The notes below the pieces were generated by a model. It had not been told where the DNA came from. It did no database searches and saw only the letters and a program-made list of their open reading frames with translations. This document shows, piece by piece, positions 45,868 to 55,100 of a stretch of 64,000 nt of DNA. The first letter of the stretch is position 1; every line of letters begins with the position of its first letter. Source of the DNA: a plasmid. The stretch lies in the sequence record NZ_CP025192.1; one strand, 5' to 3'. A program made the position numbers and the translations under genes.

Positions 45868-46458
45868 ATGCCTCATCCGGCACATCTTCCGCGCTTCCTC
45901 GTAGTGCGGCCCTATCTGGGCCATGCCTCGCGAGAGGGCGCCTACGCACATCTCGAAGCTCTGGTCATGTACTCGCGTGGCGACGTGCAACCCACACGGT
46001 ACGGCGACCTGCGGCCACTGCTTCGCTGGGACGATACGCCGCGTCCGATCCTGCACGAGGGGCTGCGTTGGTCGTGCCAGATCGACGACCGCACCCCCGA
46101 GGTCTACGGCATCCATTACGGCTACACGTCCGAGCACGCCGACATCTTCACCGCGGCGGACCTCGCCCGCTACGGCAGGTCGATCCCTGCCCTTCGCAGG
46201 GCCATGGATCGGCTGCAGGAACGCGACGGGCCGGCCGGACACGTTGCCGTGCTGCTGCTCCGGCTGGCCCGGGTCCTGAAGGTGCGCGGCATCGCACTGC
46301 TCGAACCCCGGCTCGGCGAAGCCTTCTTTGCCGACGACCATCGCTTCCGGCGGCTGGAGATAGTGCCCGACTACGGCCCCGTGTTCGCCGAGATTGGCAA
46401 CGTGGCGGCGGAACTGCACCGTCACTGTGCCGCGCGATGCGGCCGTGCGGCGGCCTGA
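45868..46458 (+). CDS. Hypothetical protein
   Basis: ATG at 45868. The ORF extends upstream to 45727. Confidence 0.5.
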   Translation: MPHPAHLPRFLVVRPYLGHASREGAYAHLEALVMYSRGDVQPTRYGDLRPLLRWDDTPRPILHEGLRWSCQIDDRTPEVYGIHYGYTSEHADIFTAADLARYGRSIPALRRAMDRLQERDGPAGHVAVLLLRLARVLKVRGIALLEPRLGEAFFADDHRFRRLEIVPDYGPVFAEIGNVAAELHRHCAARCGRAAA

Positions 46459-46461
46459 GCC

Positions 46462-47244
46462 GTGACCCCGATCCAGCCCGCCCTATGCCAGCACTGCGGG
46501 GAGCCGTCGGTACTGGAGATCGCGGAGGCGTGGTCCGACCACGCCTTCCTGCTCGATACCTGTTGCCTGGCCGCCCACGAGGAGGTCTGCGCCGGCATGG
46601 CTGACGATCCGGCCTGGGCACGCGACCTGCTGCGGCATCTAGGTGCCGAGGAAATGCTCGGCCACCGCCTCCGGCGCATCGCCGACACCGGCTGCGGCCA
46701 GTTGCTGCTCGACTGGAAGCTGGCGATCCGGCCGGTGAGCTTCGCGGCAGCGGCGGGGTTCGTGCGTCGCCACCACGCCCATAACGCGGCACCGACCGTC
46801 TGGCGCTATGGGGCCGCCATCGCGAATGGCCCGACGTGGCTGGGCGTGGTGATGGTGGGAAATCCCGTTGCGAGGGGGTTGATGGGACGGGGCATCGTCG
46901 AGGTGAACCGGCTGTGCCTGCGCCGCGATGTGCCACGCGCCCTGGCCTGGAACGCCTGCTCACAGCTTTACGGCTGGGCTGCCCGCGAAGCCGCCGCGCG
47001 GGGCTTCACGGGCATCGTCACCTACACCCGCGAAGACGAGGACGGTGGCAGCCTGACGGCCGCCGGCTGGTCTCTCGAGACCCGCATCCGTGGACGCTCG
47101 TGGAGCAGCGGAAGCCGCGTCCGCGTCGATCGGGGACCGCCGGTCGACAAAAACCGCTGGAGCCGCTCGCTCAGGCCACTCACCAAAGTCCAGAAGCGCT
47201 CGGCACCGCCGGCCATGATGCCGCTTACCCTGGGCACCGATTGA
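46462..47244 (+). CDS. Hypothetical protein, possibly GNAT-fold (XF1762-like) acetyltransferase-related
   Basis: GTG start 4 nt after the previous stop. GIVEVNRLCLRRD...GFTGIVTY is weakly GNAT-like. Confidence 0.45.
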   Translation: MTPIQPALCQHCGEPSVLEIAEAWSDHAFLLDTCCLAAHEEVCAGMADDPAWARDLLRHLGAEEMLGHRLRRIADTGCGQLLLDWKLAIRPVSFAAAAGFVRRHHAHNAAPTVWRYGAAIANGPTWLGVVMVGNPVARGLMGRGIVEVNRLCLRRDVPRALAWNACSQLYGWAAREAAARGFTGIVTYTREDEDGGSLTAAGWSLETRIRGRSWSSGSRVRVDRGPPVDKNRWSRSLRPLTKVQKRSAPPAMMPLTLGTD

Positions 47245-47329
47245 GGGGGCGGCCGCCGACGGTCCGATGAAGGGAAGAGTCGAGAAAGAGGTGTGAACCG
47301 GATACCGCGGAACGGGGCGGGAGGGGTGC

Positions 47330-47446
47330 CGCACCCCGTCCTCCGCCGCAAGGGCAAGGGCCTGGCGGCCCGCCGCGATGCGGCGCCCCTGCCCCGGAGG
47401 AACGGCGCCGCGGCGGCCTGGGAGTTGTTCGGAAAGGAACATCCCC
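47330..47446 (+). repeat. Leader repeat copy 8 (degenerate)
   Basis: CGCAAGGGCAAGGGCCTGGCGGCCCGCCGCGATGCGGCGCCCCTGCCCCGG...GAAAGGAACATCCCC followed by ATG. Confidence 0.45.
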
Positions 47447-47782
47447 ATGGAAATCCGCCGCCTCGCTCCCCGGGCACCCGCCGCGCTCTCCCGATCGCTT
47501 CCACTGGCCGATGCCGGCGAGGCGCTCGCCTGCACCCGCTGCGGCAGTGCCTACCAGGGCGACCCCACCCTGCTGGTGGCCTGCCCGGTGTGCTTCGTCG
47601 CGCCGGGCGTTCCCTGCTGCAAGCCCGATCATGGCCGGGTCCGGCAGTCGCACCTCTCCCGAAGCCGCGATGCCCTGGCGGCAGGGCGCATGCCGGCCTG
47701 CGGCGCCCTGACCTGGGACGGGCTGCACGCCTTCGCGGTGCCGGTGCCGGCCGCGCCTCGACACGTCTCCAGCTCGATCTGA
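47447..47782 (+). CDS. Small zinc-ribbon protein (CxxC...CxxC)
   Basis: CTRCGSAY...CPVCFVAPGVPCC. Strong RBS AAAGGAA. Confidence 0.45.
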   Translation: MEIRRLAPRAPAALSRSLPLADAGEALACTRCGSAYQGDPTLLVACPVCFVAPGVPCCKPDHGRVRQSHLSRSRDALAAGRMPACGALTWDGLHAFAVPVPAAPRHVSSSI

Positions 47783-47792
47783 GGGCGATCCG

Positions 47793-48128
47793 ATGACCCA
47801 TGTTCGCCGCTTCCTCGACCTGTCCACCGCCCACCTCGCGCTGGAGGACCGCACCTGCCTGATCGGCGCGGCCCAGGCCGGGGTGCGCGGCGAGGTGTGC
47901 TGCGGCGCGATGCCCTATGGCTGGTTCGTCTACGCCCATGACGAGCGCCCGGACATCGCCGATACGCTCTGGGCCCTCATGGTCGAAGCCCGCCGACAGG
48001 GTTGCGAGTACCTGCTGTTCGACGCCGACGGCCCGGCCCTCCCGGATTTCCCTTGCTTCGACTGGGATGAGCCTTCGGCATCGCCCTTCGTCGCCGAGGT
48101 GGCGCGACGCCCGGACGGATCACCCTGA
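47793..48128 (+). CDS. Hypothetical protein (111 aa)
   Basis: ORF with protein-like composition. Confidence 0.5.
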   Translation: MTHVRRFLDLSTAHLALEDRTCLIGAAQAGVRGEVCCGAMPYGWFVYAHDERPDIADTLWALMVEARRQGCEYLLFDADGPALPDFPCFDWDEPSASPFVAEVARRPDGSP

Positions 48129-48254
48129 GAATCCGGACCGAACGTCCGAGCGCCGGACATCGAGTACATCTGGAGATCAGGAAAGCGGGCAACCACGAAA
48201 TCGGGAAAGTAGGAGATCAGGAGAGCGGGAGAGGAGAGGCCGTTCCGCACCGGT

Positions 48255-48365
48255 CCGGCCGCCGCAAGGGTTCGTCGCTGCGCTCCCGCGCTCCGCGCGC
48301 CCTTGCCCCGGCCCGCCCGGATGCGGGGCTGGGGAGGTGTTCCGAGAAGATGAAAGGGAACACCG
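48255..48365 (+). repeat. Leader repeat copy 4
   Basis: CCGCAAGGGTTCGTCGCTGCGCTCCCGCGCTCCGCGCGCCCTTGCCCCGG...GAAAGGGAACACCG followed by ATG. Confidence 0.6.
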
Positions 48366-49331
48366 ATGGCTCAGCCTCGCCGTCAGACCGCCGATCGCCC
48401 GGCTCCCCGCGACCATTACGCCGAGATCACCAGCCAGATCGTGGAGGCCCTGGAGGCCGGCACGGTGCCGTGGCGCCGGCCCTGGGACCAGGACAAGGCC
48501 GGTGCCGGTCCGCTGTCGCCCCGCAACGGGGTCACCGGGCGCCGCTACCACGGGATCAATGTGCTGCTGCTGGGCATGACCGGCCTGGCCTTCGCCGGCA
48601 CGGATCCCCGCTGGCTCACCTACAGGCAGGCCGAGGAGAAGGGGTGGCAGGTCCGCCGCGGCGAGCGCGGCAGCCGCGTCTTCTTCTTCCGCAAGCTGAC
48701 CCTGCGGGACGGCGACGCCGCACCCGAGGCGGGAGGCGAGGGCACCCGCACCGTGCCGGTGCTTCGTGCGTACACGGTGTTCCACGCGAGCCAGGTGGAG
48801 GGCATCCCGAGCTTCGAGGCCCCGTCCACCGAGAAGGCCTCCTGGCGCACGCCCGAGGCGGCCGAGACGATCATGCGCAACAGCGGCGTGGCGTTCCGGG
48901 AAGGAGGCGACCGCGCCTACTACTGGCCGGCGACGGACCACATCCAGATGCCGCCGCGCGCGGCCTTCGCCACGCCGGAGGGCTACTGCGCCACGGGCCT
49001 GCACGAGCTGGCTCACGCCTCCGGCGCGAAGCACCGCCTCGACCGTGACCTGACGGGTCGCTTCGGCAGCCACGCCTATGCCCAGGAGGAGCTCCGTGCC
49101 GAGCTGACATCCTGCTTCGTCGGCGCCGAGCTGGGCCTGCCCTGCGACATCCCGAACCACGCCAGCTACGTCTCATCGTGGCTCAGGACGCTTCGGCAGG
49201 ACAAGCGCGAGATCTTCCGCGCCGCGGCCGAGGCCCAGCGCATGGCCGACTACCTGCTCGGCTTCCATCCCGGGCACGCCCGACGGGCGGCCGAGGAGGC
49301 GCGGCGCGACGAGGCCGCGGAGGCGGCGTGA
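48366..49331 (+). CDS. ardC: ArdC-family antirestriction protein (DUF1738 ssDNA-binding + zincin-like metalloprotease domain)
   Basis: ITSQIVEALEAGTVPWRRPW N-terminal signature. HELAHA metalloprotease motif. Confidence 0.85.
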   Translation: MAQPRRQTADRPAPRDHYAEITSQIVEALEAGTVPWRRPWDQDKAGAGPLSPRNGVTGRRYHGINVLLLGMTGLAFAGTDPRWLTYRQAEEKGWQVRRGERGSRVFFFRKLTLRDGDAAPEAGGEGTRTVPVLRAYTVFHASQVEGIPSFEAPSTEKASWRTPEAAETIMRNSGVAFREGGDRAYYWPATDHIQMPPRAAFATPEGYCATGLHELAHASGAKHRLDRDLTGRFGSHAYAQEELRAELTSCFVGAELGLPCDIPNHASYVSSWLRTLRQDKREIFRAAAEAQRMADYLLGFHPGHARRAAEEARRDEAAEAA

Positions 49332-50341
49332 GCGCCGCCCTGCTGCCCGGCGCGGCGGCGCTGGCCCCGGAGCTGCGCTCCTACGACCACGTCATCCTGT
49401 TCACCTCGGGGGGCAAGGACGCCACGGCCTGCCTGGTCGAGCTGCTGGAGCGCGGCGTGCCGCCCGCGCGCATCGAGCTGCACCACCACGAGGTGGATGG
49501 CCGCGGCGAGGCCTCCATGGACTGGCCCGTGACCGGCGCCTACGTCGCGGCACAGGCGGCGGCGTTCGGGCTGCCGCTCTACCGCTCCTGGCGCGAGGGC
49601 GGCTTCGAGCGGGAGATGCTGCGCCAGGATGCACCGACGGCGCCGATCCTGTTCGAGACCCCTCATGGCCTCATGAGGACAGGAGGGGCCGGACCGCGCA
49701 ACACCCGGCTGCTGTTCCCGCAGGTCTCGGCCGACCTGTCGGTGCGCTGGTGGTGCTCGGCGGCCCTCAAGATCGGCGTCGGCGCGGCCGCCATCGCCGG
49801 CCAGGCCCGCTTCCTCGGGCGCCGGACCCTGGTCGTGACCGGCGAGCGGGCGCAGGAGAGCCCGGCCCGGGCGCGCTACGCCATCTTCGAGCCGCACCGT
49901 ACCGACACGCGCGGCGGCTCGCGCCGGTCCCGCCACGTCGATCACTGGCGACCGGTCCATGGCTGGGACGAGGTGCGGGTCTGGGACGCGCTGCGGCGTC
50001 ACGGCGTGCGGCCGCACCCGGCCTACGAGCTGGGCTGGTCGCGGCTGTCCTGCATGTCCTGCATCTTCGGGTCGGCCTCGCAGTGGGCGACGATCCGCCT
50101 GATCGCGCCGGTCCTGTTCGAGCGCATCGCGGCCTACGAGGAGCGCTTCGGCCGCACCATCCAGCGCGCCCGCTCCGTTCGCGCGCTGGCCGATCTCGGC
50201 CGCCCCTATCCCGCCGCCCTCGCGCGACCCGATCTCGTCTCCCTCGCCCTGAGCACGCTCTGGGACCTGCCGATCCTCGGCCCGCCCGCAGGCTGGACGC
50301 ATCCGGCCGGCGCCTTCGGCGAGGCCGCCGGCCCGACCTGA
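49328..50341 (+). CDS. PAPS-reductase-family (PP-loop) protein, IbrA-like
   Basis: PP-loop ILFTSGGKDATAC. The GTG start overlaps the ardC stop. Confidence 0.75.
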   Translation: MSAALLPGAAALAPELRSYDHVILFTSGGKDATACLVELLERGVPPARIELHHHEVDGRGEASMDWPVTGAYVAAQAAAFGLPLYRSWREGGFEREMLRQDAPTAPILFETPHGLMRTGGAGPRNTRLLFPQVSADLSVRWWCSAALKIGVGAAAIAGQARFLGRRTLVVTGERAQESPARARYAIFEPHRTDTRGGSRRSRHVDHWRPVHGWDEVRVWDALRRHGVRPHPAYELGWSRLSCMSCIFGSASQWATIRLIAPVLFERIAAYEERFGRTIQRARSVRALADLGRPYPAALARPDLVSLALSTLWDLPILGPPAGWTHPAGAFGEAAGPT

Positions 50342-50410
50342 ACCCTGCACGGGCGGCCGCACCCGGCTCCGCGCGATGCCACCACCCCGACCGAACACAA
50401 AGGAGGCCCC

Positions 50411-51025
50411 ATGGGCTGGCTCGTTTCCGATCGCCCGCTCGTCCGCGAGACGCCGGCAGAGCACCTGACACGCGACTACACGACCGACGACGAGCACGGC
50501 CGCACCGAGGTCCTGGCCGCATCGCAGGTCGGCCGCGCGGTCTACATGGCGGTACGCCGGACGGAGAAGGCCGGTCCGCGTGCCGGCCGTCCCTATGTCT
50601 TCGCCGCCGTGATCCTGGTGTTCAACAACGCCCGGGACGGCTTCGGCCGCAAGGACATGGACGAGACCGCTGGCCCCTGCGAGGTGGCCTGCCCACCCCG
50701 CATCATGGCGCTCCTTTCCCCGGTCGAGGAGCTGCCATCGCCCGGCTACGCGGCCGACTGGCGCGCGCGGGTGGACTCAGCCCGGCTGGAGCGGCGCGGG
50801 GTCGCCGCCAGCAGGAAGCATCTGCTCCCGGGTCAGCGGGTGCGGCTGACCGAGCCCCTGAGTTTCTGCAAGGGCGCCGTGGTCGCCACCGAGTTCGAGG
50901 TGGTGCCGACGCCCGCCGGACGGCGAGGCCCGATCTTCCGGCCGGTCGGGCATGCTTTCCTGTGCCGCCTGCCCTCGCGCCTCCTGACCGTGGCCATGAC
51001 GGTCCCGGCCCCGGCGGTGACGTGA
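50411..51025 (+). CDS. Hypothetical protein
   Basis: 204-aa ORF. RBS AAAGGAGG. Confidence 0.5.
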   Translation: MGWLVSDRPLVRETPAEHLTRDYTTDDEHGRTEVLAASQVGRAVYMAVRRTEKAGPRAGRPYVFAAVILVFNNARDGFGRKDMDETAGPCEVACPPRIMALLSPVEELPSPGYAADWRARVDSARLERRGVAASRKHLLPGQRVRLTEPLSFCKGAVVATEFEVVPTPAGRRGPIFRPVGHAFLCRLPSRLLTVAMTVPAPAVT

Positions 51026-51164
51026 TCCCCAGGGAGGATGCACCGGACCCGGTGCCGGGACCGGGGCCGCATCCCCTCGACAGCTGCGAGGACCGCTGTC
51101 GCCTGCGGCTGACGCTGCGCGACGGCCGCGTGATCGAAGGCCTGCACAATGCCGTCCCCCCGAG

Positions 51165-51488
51165 GTGCGGACCGACCCGTTCTCGGTCCCGAACATGCTC
51201 GCCGCGCTGCTCGGGCGGGGCCTCAAGGCACAAATCACCCGATTGGGTGACCCGTCGCATCAGCGCGGCCACATCCAGGTGGAGATGCCCGTGAAGGGCC
51301 GGGCGCGCTTCGTGCTGATCGGGGAGCCACGCCACGGCACGATCGGCTGGCGGGCGGTCTGGGACGGCAACGACAGCAAGCCCGGCCTTCGGCGGCGGCG
51401 ACTGTCCGAGGCGACCGAGGCCTACCGCCGGATGCTCGCGGCCATGCGGGAGGGGTGCCGCTCCGTCCAACCGGACCTGTTCGGCTGA
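51165..51488 (+). CDS. Hypothetical protein; possibly the 3' part of a frameshifted longer gene
   Basis: Protein-like text begins upstream in another frame (...RLRLTLRDGRVIEGLHNAVPP) and switches frame at a C6 run near 51165. Confidence 0.3.
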   Translation: MRTDPFSVPNMLAALLGRGLKAQITRLGDPSHQRGHIQVEMPVKGRARFVLIGEPRHGTIGWRAVWDGNDSKPGLRRRRLSEATEAYRRMLAAMREGCRSVQPDLFG

Positions 51489-51575
51489 ACCATACCCTCC
51501 TGTGCTCATGGGCGCCTGTCCTCATGAACACATGAGGGAATGAGGAAAGGAGGGGAGACGGGGCAGGACGAGGAG

Positions 51576-51718
51576 ATGGGCGCTGCCACCGCGCTCCGGG
51601 GCGCGGCAAGGGTGCGTCGGCTACCGCCTCCCGCCGCTGCGCGGCGCCCTTGCCCCGCCCCGGACCGGGCGGCCGGCTCGGAAGTGTCTTGAGAGACAGG
51701 ATACGAGGAGAGCAGGGC
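51576..51718 (+). repeat. Leader repeat copy 5
   Basis: GCGGCAAGGGTGCGTCGGCTACCGCCTCCCGCCGCTGCGCGGCGCCCTTGCCCCGCCCCGG...GATACGAGGAGAGCAGGGC followed by ATG. Confidence 0.6.
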
Positions 51719-51985
51719 ATGAGGCAGCGATACAGGGTCTGGCTGGAGGGGCTGGACGAGCGCAGCCGGGCGCTGGTGCGCCTCGGCGGTGCCTGGTCCC
51801 AGCGCCACTGGGCCAACACCGGCTTCTTCGACGTTCCCGGCCAGGTGATGCGGGATCTGGTCGCGGCAGGCTACGCCGAGAGCCGCAAGCCATCCCCGAA
51901 TTGCCCCACCGAGTACCGTGGGCTGCCGCCGGCGGTGTTCGCCGCGCAGCCGATCAAGCGGACCAGCCCCGCCTTCGGCACCTGA
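51719..51985 (+). CDS. Hypothetical protein (88 aa)
   Basis: ATG with GAGGAGAG upstream. The ORF listing extends into the repeat. Confidence 0.45.
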   Translation: MRQRYRVWLEGLDERSRALVRLGGAWSQRHWANTGFFDVPGQVMRDLVAAGYAESRKPSPNCPTEYRGLPPAVFAAQPIKRTSPAFGT

Positions 51986-52116
51986 GCCGCTGACGGGCGC
52001 CTGAGCGCCCGGACCGCGGACCCTACGAACCCCCACCACGCAGAACGCCGCCGCGCCAACCCGGTCGCCCCTTCGGGCCACCGGGCGCTCGCGCGTGCGC
52101 GCACGGAGCCGATCCC

Positions 52117-55100
52117 ATGGCCAAGGCCGCCCCGTCCTCCCAGCTCAGCCTGTTCGATACCACCGCGCTCTCCTCGCCCTTCTCGCTGTTCGGCGACGGC
52201 GGCGGCGGCCTCCTGCCTGCCGCGGGAGGCGAGGACGACGAGGAGGAGAGCGCGTCGGCGCCGCTCGCGCCCGCCATCCCGCGCGTGGTGGCCCGGGACT
52301 TCCGACTCACCACCGAACGCGGCCTCGCCGCCGGCTGGAAGGCCCGCGCGGCCGACAACCTGGCCGCCATCCGGCTGATGCAGCGGATCGAGGGCGAGAC
52401 CCGGCCGGCCACGGCCGAGGAGCAGGCGATCCTGGCGCGCTTCGTCGGCTACGGGGCAGGCGATCTCGCCAACACCCTGTTCCGCCGCCCTGGCGAGGAC
52501 TGGCGCGACGGCTGGGCCGAGCAGGGGGATGGGCTGGAGCAGGCAGTGTCGGCCAGCGAGCACGCCTCTCTCAGCCGCTGCACGCAATATGCCCACTTCA
52601 CCCCGGAATACATCGTGCGGGCAGTCTGGGCCGGCCTGGGCCGCATGGGCTTCCGGCGCGGTGCCATCCTGGAGCCGGGCTGCGGCACCGGCCAGTTCCT
52701 GGCCCTGCGCCCGGATGGGATCGAGGACTGCTCGGCCGTCACCGGCATCGAGATGGACCCGGTGACCGCCCGCATCGCGGCGTTGCTGTATCCGAAGGCC
52801 TGGATCCGCAACGAGGATTTCTGCCGCGCGAAGCTGGTCGAGAATTACGACCTCGCCATCGGCAACCCGCCCTTCTCGGACCGCACCGTGCGCGCCGAGG
52901 ACCCGGCTGGCCGGCTCGGCCTCAAGCTGCACGACTACTTCATCGCCCGCGCCGTGGAGCGCCTGCGGCCGGGTGGGCTGGCCGCCTTCGTCACCAGCCA
53001 CGGCACCCTGGACAAGGTGGACCCGAAGGCACGCGAGCACATCGCCGGCATGGCCGACCTGGTGGGCGCCATCCGTCTGCCGGCGGGTTCTTTCGCGGCG
53101 GCGGCCGGCACGGACGTGGTGGTGGACATCCTGTTCCTGCAGCGTCGCGAGCGCGGCGCCGCCCCGAACGGGGTGGAGTGGGTGCATCTCGCCGAGGTGG
53201 TCCCGGCCACCGACGGCGAGGCCGCCATCCACGCCAACGCCTGGTTCGCGACGCACCCGGAGATGGTGCTGGGCCGCCACGGGTGGACCAGCGGGCCGTT
53301 CGGCCTTGCCTACGACTGCGCCCGCGACGGCCGCGACCTCGACGCCGCCCTGGCCGAGGCCATCGCCCGACTGCCCGAAGGCATCCACCAGCCCCCGGCC
53401 ACCGCCGCGGCGCCCGTGCGGGCCGCGAAGCCCACCGTGCAGGTCGGCACCGCCGCCGAGGGCGCCACGATCAAGGAGGGGTCCTATCTGCTCGGCCAGG
53501 GCGGCACGCTCCTGCAGGTGGTGGACGGTCGCGCCGAGGAGGTGGCGGTGAAGTCCGGCAAGGGCACCGTCGGCCTCTTCGCCAAGCACGCCCGCATCAT
53601 CCGCGGCCTGATCCCGGTCCGTGACGCCGTGCGCGAGGTGATCCGCGCCCAGGAGGCGGACGAGCCGTTCGGCGCCGCCCAGGTGCGGCTGCGCGCCGCC
53701 TACGGCAGCTTCGTGCGCGCCTTCGGCCCGATCAACCTGACCACCGTCTCCACCTCCACCGACGAGGCGACGGGGGAGGTGCGCGAGAGCGTGCGGCGGC
53801 CCAACCTGCAGCCCTTCCTCGACGATCCGGACAGCTGGCTTGTCTCCTCCATCGAGGAATACGACCTGGAGACGGGCACGGCGAGCCGGGGCCCGATCTT
53901 CACCGACCGGGTGATCCACGCCCCGGCCGAGCCGGTCATCGTCTCGGCGGCCGATGCCTTGGCGGTGACGCTGGCCGAGCGCGGGACCGTGGACCTCGAC
54001 CACATCGCCGAGCTGCTCGGCCGCGACCGGGCGACGGTGCTGGCCGAGCTCGGCGAGACCGTGTTCCTCGATCCCGGCCTGACCACGGGGGGCTTCGAGG
54101 CCTGGCAGACCGCCGACGAGTACCTGTCGGGCCATGTCCGCCGCAAGCTCGCGGCCGCGCGGGCCGCCGCCGTGCTGGACGAACGGTATGCCCGCAACGT
54201 CGTGGCGCTGGAGCGGGTGCAGCCGGAGGACCTGCGCCCCTCCGACATCACCGCCCGCCTCGGTGCTCCGTGGATTCCGGCCAGCGACGTCGCCAGCTTC
54301 ATCGAGGAAGTGATGGGGGTCCGGACCGTGGTGCGGCACACCGTGGAGGTGGCGCACTGGAGCATCGAGGTCCACCGCTTCGCGGGCGAGGCGTCCGCCA
54401 CCTCGGAATGGGGCACGCACCGCCGCCATGCCGGCGAGCTGCTGGACGATGCCCTGAACGCCGCCATCCCGCAGATCTGGGACGTCTGGCGCGACGAGAA
54501 CGGCGAGCACCGCCAGCTGAACGCCAAGGAGACCGAGGCCGCCAAGGACAAGCTGGCCAGGATCAAGGGCGCCTTCGAGCGTTGGGTCTGGACCGACGGC
54601 GATCGCGCCGAGCGGCTGGTGCGCGTCTACAACGATGCCTTCAACAGCCTGATGCCGCGGCACTTCTCGGGCGAGCACCTGCAACTGCCCGGCGCCTCCA
54701 CGGCGATCCAGCTGCGCGCCCACCAGAAGCGCGTGGTTTGGCGCATCATCGCCTCCGGCCAGACCTACATCGCCCACGCCGTGGGGGCCGGCAAGACCTT
54801 CACCATCGCCGCCGCGATCATGGAACAGAAGCGCCTCGGCCTGATCTCCAAGGCGATGCTGACGGTGCCCGGCCACTGCCTGGCGCAGGCCTCGCGGGAG
54901 TTCCTGCAGCTCTATCCGGGCGCCCGCATCCTGGTGGCCGACGAGACCAACTTCAGCAAGGACAAGCGCGGCCGCTTCCTGGCCCGGGCGGCGACCGCCA
55001 ACTGGGACTGCATCATCATCACCCATTCGGCGTTCAAGTTCATCGCCTCGCCGGCGGAGTTCGAGCGCGGCCTGGTGCAGGCACAGCTCGACGCCTACTC

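Noticed and set aside
49250-51294. Long ORFs 49250-50497 (-), 49750-51294 (+) and 49767-50522 (-)
   Set aside because: They are alternative frames over the PAPS-reductase and 50411 genes. All are extremely Arg/Pro-rich.
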